64,000 nucleotides of DNA from Candidatus Marinacidobacterales bacterium (lineage in GTDB: Bacteria > Acidobacteriota > Vicinamibacteria > Marinacidobacterales > DATDRI01): assembly GCA_965226495.1 (NCBI GenBank), contig OZ245365.1, positions 4,160,001 through 4,224,000 on the forward strand, written 5' to 3'. The first letter of the stretch is position 1. Each line of letters begins with the position of its first letter. Both the position numbers and the translations under genes were made by a program. This document shows, piece after piece, positions 40,683 through 49,777 of this stretch. The notes under the pieces were generated by a model. It did not search any database and was not told where the DNA came from. It saw only the letters and a program-made list of their open reading frames with translations.

Positions 40683-40800
40683 TCGAGGTGTGACGACAAG
40701 CGAAGTGAGTGAGGATACCGCGATTAGGCACGTCCTGCCAACTTCGGACGCCTGAAAAACCGCTCTGACTCAGGAGTTATCGGGATGTATCCTCGCGCAA

Positions 40801-41015
40801 CCCTCACCCCGGCCCTCTCCCAGAGGGAGAGGGAGTAAAGGAAGAAGAAACTAGGAATAACCTCACCCCGGCCCTCTCCCAGAGGGAGAGGGAGTAAAGG
40901 AAGAAGAAACTAGGAATAACCTCACCCCGGCCCTCTCCCAGAGGGGAGAGGGAGTAAAGGAAGAAGAGACTAAGAATAACCTCACCCTGGTCCTCTCCCA
41001 GAGGGAGAGGGAGTC
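40801..41015 (+). repeat. Tandem array of four REP-like palindromes, ~59-60-bp period
   Basis: CCTCACCCCGGCCCTCTCCCAGAGGGAGAGGGAGT with near-identical A-rich linkers. Confidence 0.92.
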
Positions 41016-41139
41016 ACTCAACATTCCGTAGTTTTACGGATTTCACTCTGTTTCCGCCTGTATTACCATATCGGGTGTTTTTACATTTTCGGCGGCTGAA
41101 CAAATCGGCCGCTCCGCTACAGAAAGAAGGAGAACAGAC

Positions 41140-41682
41140 ATGAAAATGCTTCAAACCTTGGCTGCATTGACCCTGGCCGTCGCGCTGGGAGCAGCCTGCT
41201 CATCGCAGAAGGTCAACCACGACTACGATCACCAGGCCGATTTCTCACAATTCAAGACTTACCAATACACCAAGGGGACGCCGGTCGAGGACCAACTCAT
41301 GGATGGGCGGATCGTTTCCGCGATCGAGGCGGAGATGGGTCAGAAGGGGTTCACCAAGGCCTCATCGAATCCGGACGTCGTGGTGACTTACCACGCCTCT
41401 TCGACACAGAGCAAGCAGTACGTAACGGACAACTTCGGCTACGGCTACGGCCCGGGATGGGGCTGGGGCGGATACGGCGGTGGCATGGGCACCTCGACCA
41501 CTCGCGAGTATACCTACGAGAAAGGTACCCTCGTCGTCGACATGTACGATGCGAAGAAGAAACAGCTCGTTTGGCGAGGAACGGGTACCGATACCGTCGA
41601 CGAGAACCCTCAGAAGATCGTGAAACTTATCAACAAGATCGTGGACAAGATATTCCAGAACTACCCGCCCAAAGCGAGCTAG
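41140..41682 (+). CDS. DUF4136 lipoprotein
   Basis: Lipobox GAAC, DYD..ADFSQFKTY, GTLVVDMYD..LVWRG, YPP. Confidence 0.88.
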   Translation: MKMLQTLAALTLAVALGAACSSQKVNHDYDHQADFSQFKTYQYTKGTPVEDQLMDGRIVSAIEAEMGQKGFTKASSNPDVVVTYHASSTQSKQYVTDNFGYGYGPGWGWGGYGGGMGTSTTREYTYEKGTLVVDMYDAKKKQLVWRGTGTDTVDENPQKIVKLINKIVDKIFQNYPPKAS

Positions 41683-41700
41683 TCTCTCTGACTCAGGTTG

Positions 41701-41727
41701 GAAGGCGAGGTCTCACACCTCGTCTTC
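41701..41727. terminator. Hairpin between convergent genes
   Basis: GAAGGCGAGGT-CTCAC-ACCTCGTCTTC. Confidence 0.5.
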
Positions 41728-41739
41728 CAATCGAACCCT

Positions 41740-42393
41740 TCAAAAACGAAACGCCGCGCCGATCGTGATCTCGGTGTTCCGGGGCTCGGCGATGTTGCCT
41801 GCGAAAGCCAACCCCTCGGAGAGGATCTGATACCGTAGGTCGAAGCGCGCTCCCACCCACTCGGTAAAGAAATACTTCACTCCCCCCCCGAAGTTCAGGC
41901 CGGTACTGGAATCGTTCGTGACTCCGCTGATCTCGGTGTCGAGATCGGTTCGCATCCAAGCGAAGCCGAGCGTTCCATAAGGCACCAATCCGATTTCAAG
42001 CGGAAACTGGGCCACGAAATTGCCGCTTATGTTCTGGACGGTGGTGGTGAACTGGTCACCCAAGTTGACAATCCCCACATCGTTGTCGTTTACGGTAAAG
42101 GCAAATATCTCCTTCGTCCGCGAGTAACTCACTTCCGCGCCGAGGTTGGGACTGAAGTCATAGCTGAAACGCCCTCCCCAAAGATCCCCAAAAGGGACAT
42201 TATCGGCCGCTCCGGTGGTCGTGAAAAAGAGATTCGAGACCGTGCCGAGATCGTGGCTGACCGACATGCTACCGACGAAACCGCTGGCCTCGAAGCGTTT
42301 ATCTTGAGCTTGCGCCGGACTAGACGCCATGATGACGATGCCGCAGGCTAGAAAAAAGAACCGCAAACCTTGCATCCGCCCTCGCACGCTCAT
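41740..42393 (-). CDS. Outer-membrane beta-barrel protein
   Basis: Signal peptide, VPYGTLG, NFGGGVKYF, terminal FRF. Confidence 0.85.
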   Translation of the reverse strand: MSVRGRMQGLRFFFLACGIVIMASSPAQAQDKRFEASGFVGSMSVSHDLGTVSNLFFTTTGAADNVPFGDLWGGRFSYDFSPNLGAEVSYSRTKEIFAFTVNDNDVGIVNLGDQFTTTVQNISGNFVAQFPLEIGLVPYGTLGFAWMRTDLDTEISGVTNDSSTGLNFGGGVKYFFTEWVGARFDLRYQILSEGLAFAGNIAEPRNTEITIGAAFRF

Positions 42394-43394
42394 GGGTTGA
42401 CCGCCACGTCGATCCTGGTTGTGGTGCTGCCCACGGTGACTTCCGCACTGCCTTCGTGAAAAGTGACCTCGAAATCCAAGTCGGTCGTGAAGTCATTGAA
42501 GCCGAAATCCGAGGGCGATGTGGGATCGGTAATGGGGTTCACCCGCACCACCATGGGGCCCGAAGAGAGGCCTTCGACCACATACTGCCCGTCCTCAGTC
42601 GTGAAGACGCCGAGTAGCTCGTCGGTAAATGGGTTGTAGACTGTTACCTGGGCACCTCCCAGGCCCTCTCCGCTCTTGGTTACCCTCCCGGACATGCGTC
42701 CCTGTCTACTGAAGTTACTTGCCGGGTAGTTCACCGACGCGCCGGTGAGGTCGTCAAGAGTCAGCGTGCGTCCGAGGGTAGTGCCTCTGGGAAAGGCGAA
42801 GGGATACATAATCGCGGAGTCTTCGAGCAAGAAGCGTCGCCCGGCCCGGTTCTCCATCACCCCGACGGCGGAATGGTCGAGACCGATGAAGTGTCCGATC
42901 TCGTGTAGTGCCGTCGACTGGTAGTCGAAGCGTCCGGCCTGTCCGTTGGGAGACACCGACCATGGTGCATCGTCATTGAAGAAGATGTCCGATTCCGCGA
43001 TCTCTCCGGTCAAGGTGAAGACGATAAAATTCGTGGCTGCGAGAATGCCGCTTCCTTGGAGATCTGGGTCGGTGATGAAACCCAGAGTGTTGATGAAGTC
43101 GAAGAAAACGAAGGGCTCGGCGTTGGTCGTTCCGGCGAAACGAAAGGTGATACCGCTGGTCTCGACGTCCTCCCAGGTATCGTACGCTCTCTCGGTCGCG
43201 TCGATGGCGGCGTCCAGAGAGAAGTCCTTCGGGGGCGTGTTGTTGTAATGCCACGCCACAGGGGTGTCTTGTGGTCTCCACTTCAGAAACACTCTTTCGC
43301 CATCCGGATTGATGAAATCGATGATCTTGTAGGCCGATCCGGCGCGAGAAACCGTGAGCACCAATAATAAGGCAAACGTTAGTCTCAATCTCAT
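42390..43394 (-). CDS. Matrixin-family metalloprotease with C-terminal beta-sandwich
   Basis: HEIGHFIGLDHS, Met-turn SAIMYP; signal peptide. Confidence 0.9.
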   Translation of the reverse strand: MRLRLTFALLLVLTVSRAGSAYKIIDFINPDGERVFLKWRPQDTPVAWHYNNTPPKDFSLDAAIDATERAYDTWEDVETSGITFRFAGTTNAEPFVFFDFINTLGFITDPDLQGSGILAATNFIVFTLTGEIAESDIFFNDDAPWSVSPNGQAGRFDYQSTALHEIGHFIGLDHSAVGVMENRAGRRFLLEDSAIMYPFAFPRGTTLGRTLTLDDLTGASVNYPASNFSRQGRMSGRVTKSGEGLGGAQVTVYNPFTDELLGVFTTEDGQYVVEGLSSGPMVVRVNPITDPTSPSDFGFNDFTTDLDFEVTFHEGSAEVTVGSTTTRIDVAVNP

Positions 43395-43419
43395 CTCGAC
43401 GGTCCCCTTATTGTGGGCG

Positions 43420-43983
43420 CTAGCGCCCGAGGGCGGCGCTGATGCGCGACTCGACCTCGGAAAGCAGGAACCGCGTTGGAGGGGTGCCGGCCTGTACCGA
43501 ATCCGTGCGGTAGTTGACCAGGATGAGCCCGGATATGTCGCGCTTCAAGATCCTCTGTCCGGCGTCATCAACGCTCAGCGTGAACTTTCCAAGGGCAAGT
43601 CCCAAGAGGGTTGGGACGCGAGCCCCCGAGCCAACACAAAAAAGAAGCACTTGCTCTCCATTGGTGAAATCCGGAGTTCCAGGAACGATGGAACGCAGGG
43701 GACCAACTTGCCCTCCCCACAACCGGACAGTCATCGACCGCTCACCGGCTCCTCCCTTGAGGAAGCGCTCCACCTCGAAGGTGGTGTGGGTATAGACGCG
43801 AGTATGTTGGGCATTCCAATCCGCACGTGAATCGATGCTTCGCCCGATGAAGATCATGTCTGCTCGCTGCGCCATCTCTTCTAAGGTCATGGCCTCAACC
43901 GTCGCGCCCTCCGCCTTGATGTTAGGAACGAGTGTTAGCGAGATGACGCCGAGCAGATACAACGCCTGGTTCACACTTCGCAT
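43420..43983 (-). CDS. Exported protein of ADxxxxG..LKG type
   Basis: Signal peptide; TLEEMAQRADMIFIG, VERFLKG, GG.VG..VPG.P.F..GE.VLLF. Confidence 0.7.
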   Translation of the reverse strand: MRSVNQALYLLGVISLTLVPNIKAEGATVEAMTLEEMAQRADMIFIGRSIDSRADWNAQHTRVYTHTTFEVERFLKGGAGERSMTVRLWGGQVGPLRSIVPGTPDFTNGEQVLLFCVGSGARVPTLLGLALGKFTLSVDDAGQRILKRDISGLILVNYRTDSVQAGTPPTRFLLSEVESRISAALGR

Positions 43984-44011
43984 CGATTGCCTCCTTTGAT
44001 CGACTCTCGAC

Positions 44012-45184
44012 TCACGTTGTCAACACTTCGTGGTGCGGTCGCGGAGCCCGAAGCCTCTGCTGAGCCACCGATAAGACTTCCTCGGCCGCCTTGCGTGAAG
44101 CACCCCGAGCTCCCAATCGAGCACTCACTTCCCGAAGCCCTCGCCGCATAGATTCCGCCTCCTCGGGATTCTCGAGCAATTTGAGGGTCTCCGAACAAAC
44201 TCTATCCTCCGTCATGTGCTCTTGGATCAACTCGGGCACCAGGGATCGCCCCGCTATCAAATTGACCATAGCGTAATGAGGAACCCGGACCAAGGGTTTC
44301 CCCAAAAAATAACTCAATCCGCCCACCCGATAGACGACGACCATCGGCGTTTCACAGAGGGCGGCTTCGACGGTCGCAGTGCCCGAAGCCACGATCGCGA
44401 CGTCGGCGTGTGAGAGACCCTCGTAGTTAGACTCGCTTAGGATGTGCACAGAGGACGAGGCATCACCTAATCTCCCCGACACGTCGGCGAGCTCGACGGT
44501 TGGTGCCTTCAACAAGACAAACTGCAGATCCGGACGCCGGCCCTTCATTCTTCGTATCGCACTTACTAAAACGGGAAGATGAAGCTCTATTTCCCGAGGA
44601 CGGCTCCCAGGCATCAGGGCGACCACCGGGCGGTTTGCATCGAGCCCGATGCGTTGAAGGAACGCCGAGCGATCTTCTTGGCTGCGAACGATGTCGACCA
44701 ACGGATGCCCTACGAACGTCGCCGTAATACCAGCCTCTCGGTAGAACTGTTCCTCAAAGGGAAGGATCACAAGCATTTTGTCGACAGTTTTCTTGATCGT
44801 TTTGAGACGCCCTCGGCGCCAGGCCCAAACTTGCGGGCTCACGTAATAGACGACCGGGATTCCCAAGGATTTGAGTTTTTTGGAAAGACGCAGATTGAAT
44901 CCAGAGAAGTCGATAAGTACCGCAACGTCTGGCCTGCGCTCGGCGGCCGTTTCGACAAGCGTGGTTTGCGCTCTCTTGAGCGCCGGCAGCTTCCCGACGA
45001 CCTCGACGAGGCCAATGACCGAGATTTCGTTGAGATCGACCAGAACTTCGGCTCCCGCTTTACGGAGTCGGTCGCCGCCCAAGCCGAAACACTCAATCTC
45101 CGGATCTAGGGCGAGTAGCTCTCGGACGAGCCCCGCTGCATAGAGCTCGCCGGATGCTTCCCCGCAACTCAGAAGCACTTTCAC
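44012..45184 (-). CDS. lpxB: Lipid-A-disaccharide synthase
   Basis: GEASG, IDFSGFN, YYVSPQVWAWR, ILPFE, PGSR, SGTAT. Confidence 0.96.
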   Translation of the reverse strand: MKVLLSCGEASGELYAAGLVRELLALDPEIECFGLGGDRLRKAGAEVLVDLNEISVIGLVEVVGKLPALKRAQTTLVETAAERRPDVAVLIDFSGFNLRLSKKLKSLGIPVVYYVSPQVWAWRRGRLKTIKKTVDKMLVILPFEEQFYREAGITATFVGHPLVDIVRSQEDRSAFLQRIGLDANRPVVALMPGSRPREIELHLPVLVSAIRRMKGRRPDLQFVLLKAPTVELADVSGRLGDASSSVHILSESNYEGLSHADVAIVASGTATVEAALCETPMVVVYRVGGLSYFLGKPLVRVPHYAMVNLIAGRSLVPELIQEHMTEDRVCSETLKLLENPEEAESMRRGLREVSARLGARGASRKAAEEVLSVAQQRLRAPRPHHEVLTT

Positions 45185-45287
45185 GCAGCCCCTGTTCGCC
45201 TTTTCTCTCGCTTGTCTTTGACAGTAGTAACGAACCGACTATAGCATAGCCACTCGCTCTCCTCCATGCGTTAGCGAGACCCCAACT

Positions 45288-45394
45288 CGATGATCGGACA
45301 CGTGGTCAAGTTGCTCGGGAAGACGTGCTCAGTACGACCAGAGCCCGCAACGGACCCTATCTACGAGTGCCCATCTTCGCGGACGATTGTTTGA
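45288..45394 (+). pseudogene. Diverged copy of the rsgA 5' end
   Basis: Direct repeat of 46749-46854 (MIGHVVKLLGKTCSVRPE..YEC) with substitutions and a 1-nt insertion. Confidence 0.88.
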
Positions 45395-45602
45395 TTCCCC
45401 AGGAGTCCAAATCGCGTGGTGTATTGCTTGGCAGCGGCTTCGGACGGCGAGGGCCTGCTCGGCGTCGGCATAGCGTTGGTTGCCGTAGCCAAGAGCCGCC
45501 GCCCTGACGCAATCGGCACCGAATGGCTGGGTAGCGACGTCATTGCGATGCTCGTTGGCGCCGCGACAAGGCGAGAATTAACCGTTTGGCAGGGGTTCAA
45601 TA

Positions 45603-46727
45603 GTGCAAGTCAAAAAACCGATTTCAAAAATGAATGTTATGGTGACCACTCTGGCGTTGTTGGGTTCAATATTGGGCAGGCCTGAGAGCGCTGGAGCGGC
45701 GGCTTTTGATATTGAATTCGAGGAAGTGGCCGATGGCGTCTGGGCTGGCATCCGGCCGGACGCACCGAGATTTCCTGTGATGGGCACGTCTGTTTTCGTT
45801 TTGGGCAACGAGGGTGTCGTTGTGTTCGACGGCGGTGGAATGCCGGTAATGGCGGAAAAAGTGATCGCCAAGATTCGGTCATTGACGGACGCGCCGGTAA
45901 CCCACGTCGTCATCAGTCACTGGCATGGCGATCACAACTTCGGCATCTACCGCTTTGTGGAAGAATTTCCGCATGTGCAATTTGTGGCCCACCGCTTCAC
46001 TCATGCTGTGATGAATGCTTCCAGGATTCGCTACATTGACGGGTATCCGGATTTCATCGAAAAAAACCTTCCGCTTGCAAAAGAAGCGCTGAGAACCGGT
46101 GTTACGGAAAATGGTGACAAATTATCGCGCACCGACCGCATGGAATATGAACGCATGGTCGAGGAAGCGGATGAGATTGACGCCGAGTTTGAACGCGCCA
46201 AAGTGACATCTCCGAACGTGGTCTTCGATGATGCACTCACCATATATTCGGGTGGGCGGCGCATTGAATTATTGAAGCTTGGACACGGCAACACGGAAGG
46301 TGACATCGTCATGTGGTTACCTGAAGAGAAAGTCGTTGCAACCGGCGACATCGTTGTGTTGCCAACGCCTTATGCGTTCAATGTGCCGCCGCGGCCATGG
46401 GCGGCAACGCTCCGAAAAATCAAGGAGCTCGGCTATGAGATCCTGATTCCGGGCCACGGTGCGATTCAGCGGGACACTGAGTATGTCGATCTCAACATTG
46501 AGGCGGCCGATTCGATAGCAGACCAGCGCGACGAAATGCTTGCCGAGGGCTTAAGTCACGAAAAGACTGCAGAGCAGCTCGATTTCTCCGGATTCGAGCA
46601 GAAATTCACCGGTGGTGATGAATATCTTAAAGGCTACTACTATGACTATTTCGAGAAACCATTTCGTGCCGCCGCAATCAAAGCGTTGACGGGCGAACAA
46701 ATGGTAACGATCGAGCGCCCTGAATAA
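45603..46727 (+). CDS. Exported MBL-fold metallohydrolase
   Basis: SHWHGDH, GNTEGD, TGD, IPGHG; signal-like N-terminus. Confidence 0.9.
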   Translation: MQVKKPISKMNVMVTTLALLGSILGRPESAGAAAFDIEFEEVADGVWAGIRPDAPRFPVMGTSVFVLGNEGVVVFDGGGMPVMAEKVIAKIRSLTDAPVTHVVISHWHGDHNFGIYRFVEEFPHVQFVAHRFTHAVMNASRIRYIDGYPDFIEKNLPLAKEALRTGVTENGDKLSRTDRMEYERMVEEADEIDAEFERAKVTSPNVVFDDALTIYSGGRRIELLKLGHGNTEGDIVMWLPEEKVVATGDIVVLPTPYAFNVPPRPWAATLRKIKELGYEILIPGHGAIQRDTEYVDLNIEAADSIADQRDEMLAEGLSHEKTAEQLDFSGFEQKFTGGDEYLKGYYYDYFEKPFRAAAIKALTGEQMVTIERPE

Positions 46728-46750
46728 AGCTTTCCGGCCGTTGTCATGCG

Positions 46751-47710
46751 ATGATCGGACACGTTGTCAGGTTGCTCGGAAAGACGTGCTCGGTACGACC
46801 AGAGCTCGCGGCAGACAAACTCTACGAGTGCTATCTTCGTGGTCGACTGTTCGAAACTTCAGGGGTTCACGTGGCGGTGGGAGATCGCGTCGAGTTCGAT
46901 CCGGTCGAGGAGCCGCACTCTTATGACTCTGTCGAGCCGGGACCCAGAAAAGGAATCGGTGTCATCCACGAGATCCTTCCTCGACAAACCGCCCTCGCAC
47001 GCCCGCCGTCGAAAAGAGGAGGCCGACCTCAAATCGTCGCGGCGAACATCCATCAGCTCGTCGTGGTGTCGGCGATAAAGCAACCGCCGTACAGAACGGG
47101 ACTCATCGATCGTTATTTGGTCATCGCACATAGAGCGGGGATCGTCCCCGCTCTGTGCATGAACAAGATCGATCTCGCCAATCCGGAGGAGCGCGACGAG
47201 GCCGACAGGAATCTAAAACCTTATAGAGACCTCGGGCTACCGAGCATCTTCACGAGCGTAGTGAACGGCGAAGGGATAGAAACGTTACAAAACTTGCTGA
47301 AGGACAAGCGCTCGGTCTTGGTAGGCCATTCCGGTGTAGGGAAGTCGAAGCTCGCCGGTCGATTGCAACCAGGACTCACATTGTCGAGCTCGTCGGTCAG
47401 TCGGCAAGGCAAGGGACGTCATACAACTTCGGCTTCCACACTTTTCGCCCTCGACATTGGCGGGGAGCTCGTCGACACTCCAGGAGTCCGCGAGCTCTCG
47501 ATCTCGGATTTAGATCAGAGTGAACTAAGCGCGCACTTTGCCGACTTCGCGCCTTTTCTAGGGAATTGCCGCTTCACGTCTTGCTCGCACATTCCCGAGC
47601 CTGGGTGTGCGGTGCGAGAGGGGGTAACGTCTGGGAAGATTTCGCATGCGCGCTACGACAGCTACGTGCGGCTATACCACGAGCTTCAACATCATCACCG
47701 AGCGCGGTGA
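46751..47710 (+). CDS. rsgA: Ribosome small subunit GTPase RsgA
   Basis: VGDRV, NKID, GHSGVGKS, GRHTT, DTPG, CRFTSCSHIPEPGC. Confidence 0.95.
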   Translation: MIGHVVRLLGKTCSVRPELAADKLYECYLRGRLFETSGVHVAVGDRVEFDPVEEPHSYDSVEPGPRKGIGVIHEILPRQTALARPPSKRGGRPQIVAANIHQLVVVSAIKQPPYRTGLIDRYLVIAHRAGIVPALCMNKIDLANPEERDEADRNLKPYRDLGLPSIFTSVVNGEGIETLQNLLKDKRSVLVGHSGVGKSKLAGRLQPGLTLSSSSVSRQGKGRHTTSASTLFALDIGGELVDTPGVRELSISDLDQSELSAHFADFAPFLGNCRFTSCSHIPEPGCAVREGVTSGKISHARYDSYVRLYHELQHHHRAR

Positions 47711-49365
47711 GCCTCGGCCTTGGACTCTGTTACGACTCGAGCCCCGATGAGTTTCACGAGGGCGTCCAACCCCTCGCCCTTTAGCGCCGAGACGGCGACG
47801 GTGTCGGAGCGTCCCGCAAATGCCCCGCTGTTCTCGAGTCGATCTACTTTGTTGAAGACAGCCAGCCGCGGAATGTGCTCGAGCTTGAGCTTCCCGAGAA
47901 TCACTTCCACCGCCTCCATCTGCTCACGGTAGCGAGGATCGGAGCAATCTACAACGTGAAGGATGAGAGTCGAGTTCTCGATTTCCTCCAAGGTAGCGCG
48001 GAAGGCGTTAATCAGGTCGGGTGGGAGATCTCGAATGAAACCGACCGTGTCGGCTAGCAATACCTCTTGCTCCACCGGGACGCGCAGGCGTCGGGTCGTC
48101 GGGTCGAGCGTCTCAAACATGCGGTTTCCCGCGGCCACCTCACTGTTGGTGAGGCGATTCAGCAACGTCGACTTTCCGGCGTTGGTATAGCCGAGGAGCG
48201 AAACGATGGGTAGCCCACGCTCGACGCGCCTTCTCCTTCGAACACCTCGCTTGCGCCGCACCTCTTCGATCTCTCGCTCGAGCCGCGCGATACGGTCCCG
48301 CGCCCGCCGACGATCCATCTCCAGCTTGGTTTCACCAGGCCCCCTCCCCCCGATCCCCCCCGTCAGCCGGGAAAGCGCGGTATCCATTTCGGTAAGCCGA
48401 GGCAGAAGGTAGCGAAGCTGCGCCAGCTCGACTTGCAACTTTCCCTCCCGCGTGGAAGCACGGCGCGCGAAGATATCGAGAATAAGTTGTGTTCGATCCA
48501 GAATCTTGAGGTCGGTCGCCGCCGCGATGGAGCGGACCTGAGCCGGAGTCAAGCTCTGGTTGAAAATGATGAGGTCGGCGCCGTGCTGCAGGGACGCGAT
48601 CACCAGCTCATCGATCTTCCCTTTGCCCAACAAGAATCGGGGATCGAGCTTGGGCCGTCGCTGCACGAGCGTATCCAGAACGACCACATCGCAGGAGCCG
48701 GCGAGCTCAGCGAGCTCCACCAGGGACTCCCGCTCCGCCTCGGCTCGGCTCGTCGTGACCCCGACTAAGATGGCACGATCCCGATGATCGGAATGATGCA
48801 GTTCGCCTCGCTGGCGGGTGAATTCGTCCTCGAGATCATCGATGAAATCCAGAAAATCGACGTCCAACTGGCTGGGAGCGCGCGGCTCCAAGAACTCCCA
48901 TGCGGTTGCCGATGTGCCATTCCGTAGTTTCCCGTTGGAGCTGGCCGGCAAGAGGTAGGCGGCCCGAACCAGGCCCGGCAGTCCCTCTTTGGTGACGTCG
49001 ATGGACACCATTAGATCCAGGCGAAGAAGCGCCAAGTCACTCAGGTCGTCGTGCGTGAGCGGCTCACCGGCGAGATGCGTATGGAGGCACCGGAGTCCAC
49101 GGAAGCGCTGCTCCGCGACACGGACGCGTTTTAGATCCGGGAGAACGATTCGCCGCGCGTCACCCACGATCACGGAATCAACGGCGCCCCGTCGATTCAC
49201 GAGGACACCGATCTGTCGATTGATCTCTCGGGAGAGCTCGGTGAGAGCCCGGGCAAACTCTTGAGTGACGATGTCGCGGGGAGGGATTCGCCTCTGATAA
49301 ATCTTTTCCAGACGTTTCCGCTGCAGGGCCTTTAGGCCAGTGGAATTGCCTTGTAACTTATGGAT
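47695..49365 (-). CDS. hflX: GTPase HflX, long form, probable ATC start
   Basis: GPGETKLE, GYTNAGKS, TLDPTTR, DTVG, NKVD; frame extends 55 codons upstream of GTG 49200. Confidence 0.92.
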   Translation of the reverse strand: MHKLQGNSTGLKALQRKRLEKIYQRRIPPRDIVTQEFARALTELSREINRQIGVLVNRRGAVDSVIVGDARRIVLPDLKRVRVAEQRFRGLRCLHTHLAGEPLTHDDLSDLALLRLDLMVSIDVTKEGLPGLVRAAYLLPASSNGKLRNGTSATAWEFLEPRAPSQLDVDFLDFIDDLEDEFTRQRGELHHSDHRDRAILVGVTTSRAEAERESLVELAELAGSCDVVVLDTLVQRRPKLDPRFLLGKGKIDELVIASLQHGADLIIFNQSLTPAQVRSIAAATDLKILDRTQLILDIFARRASTREGKLQVELAQLRYLLPRLTEMDTALSRLTGGIGGRGPGETKLEMDRRRARDRIARLEREIEEVRRKRGVRRRRRVERGLPIVSLLGYTNAGKSTLLNRLTNSEVAAGNRMFETLDPTTRRLRVPVEQEVLLADTVGFIRDLPPDLINAFRATLEEIENSTLILHVVDCSDPRYREQMEAVEVILGKLKLEHIPRLAVFNKVDRLENSGAFAGRSDTVAVSALKGEGLDALVKLIGARVVTESKAEAHRAR

Positions 49366-49391
49366 AGCTTTCTCTACCTCCTCTTCCCTCT

Positions 49392-49397
49392 ATTATA
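49392..49397 (-). promoter_or_regulatory. -10 box of hflX
   Basis: TATAAT just upstream of the GAGGAGGT Shine-Dalgarno. Confidence 0.6.
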
Positions 49398-49599
49398 CGC
49401 GGCTGATGGAATCCTTGCGGGGCGCCCCACCGAGCGTCCTCCCGGCTGGACGTCGAATAGCCAGAAAGAGACAGGGGGCGGCGCCGACAATCTACGCACC
49501 CTTAGTGCGCCAATCGTTTACGACCATCCGCCAGTGGTACCAGTCTTGCAAATCGTGTTATGAAGAAATGCCCTCGTGAGCTTGGAGGATCCCTATGAA

Positions 49600-49757
49600 G
49601 TGGTCGAGAGTCCAAGATCGCCTACGTGAGCCGGACCGAGAAACTCGATGAACTGATCGCGCGGATGTACGTCCACGGGATGTCGACGCGTGACATTGAG
49701 GCGACGTTCGCGGACGTGCTGAGCGGCACGGGTGTCTCGAAGTCGGTGGTGAGCTCA
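49600..49757 (+). mobile_element. IS256-family transposase remnant
   Basis: KLDELIARMYVHGMSTRDIEATF..VSKSVVS. Confidence 0.75.
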
Positions 49758-49777
49758 CCCTACTGACGCCGCTGATC

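Noticed and set aside
40801-41015. CRISPR-like array
   Set aside because: Linkers are near-identical rather than unique spacers, the repeat occurs elsewhere as a REP, and no cas genes are present
45400-45600. Small ORFs between the rsgA stub and the MBL gene
   Set aside because: No recognisable motif or RBS; probably carried-over flanking DNA
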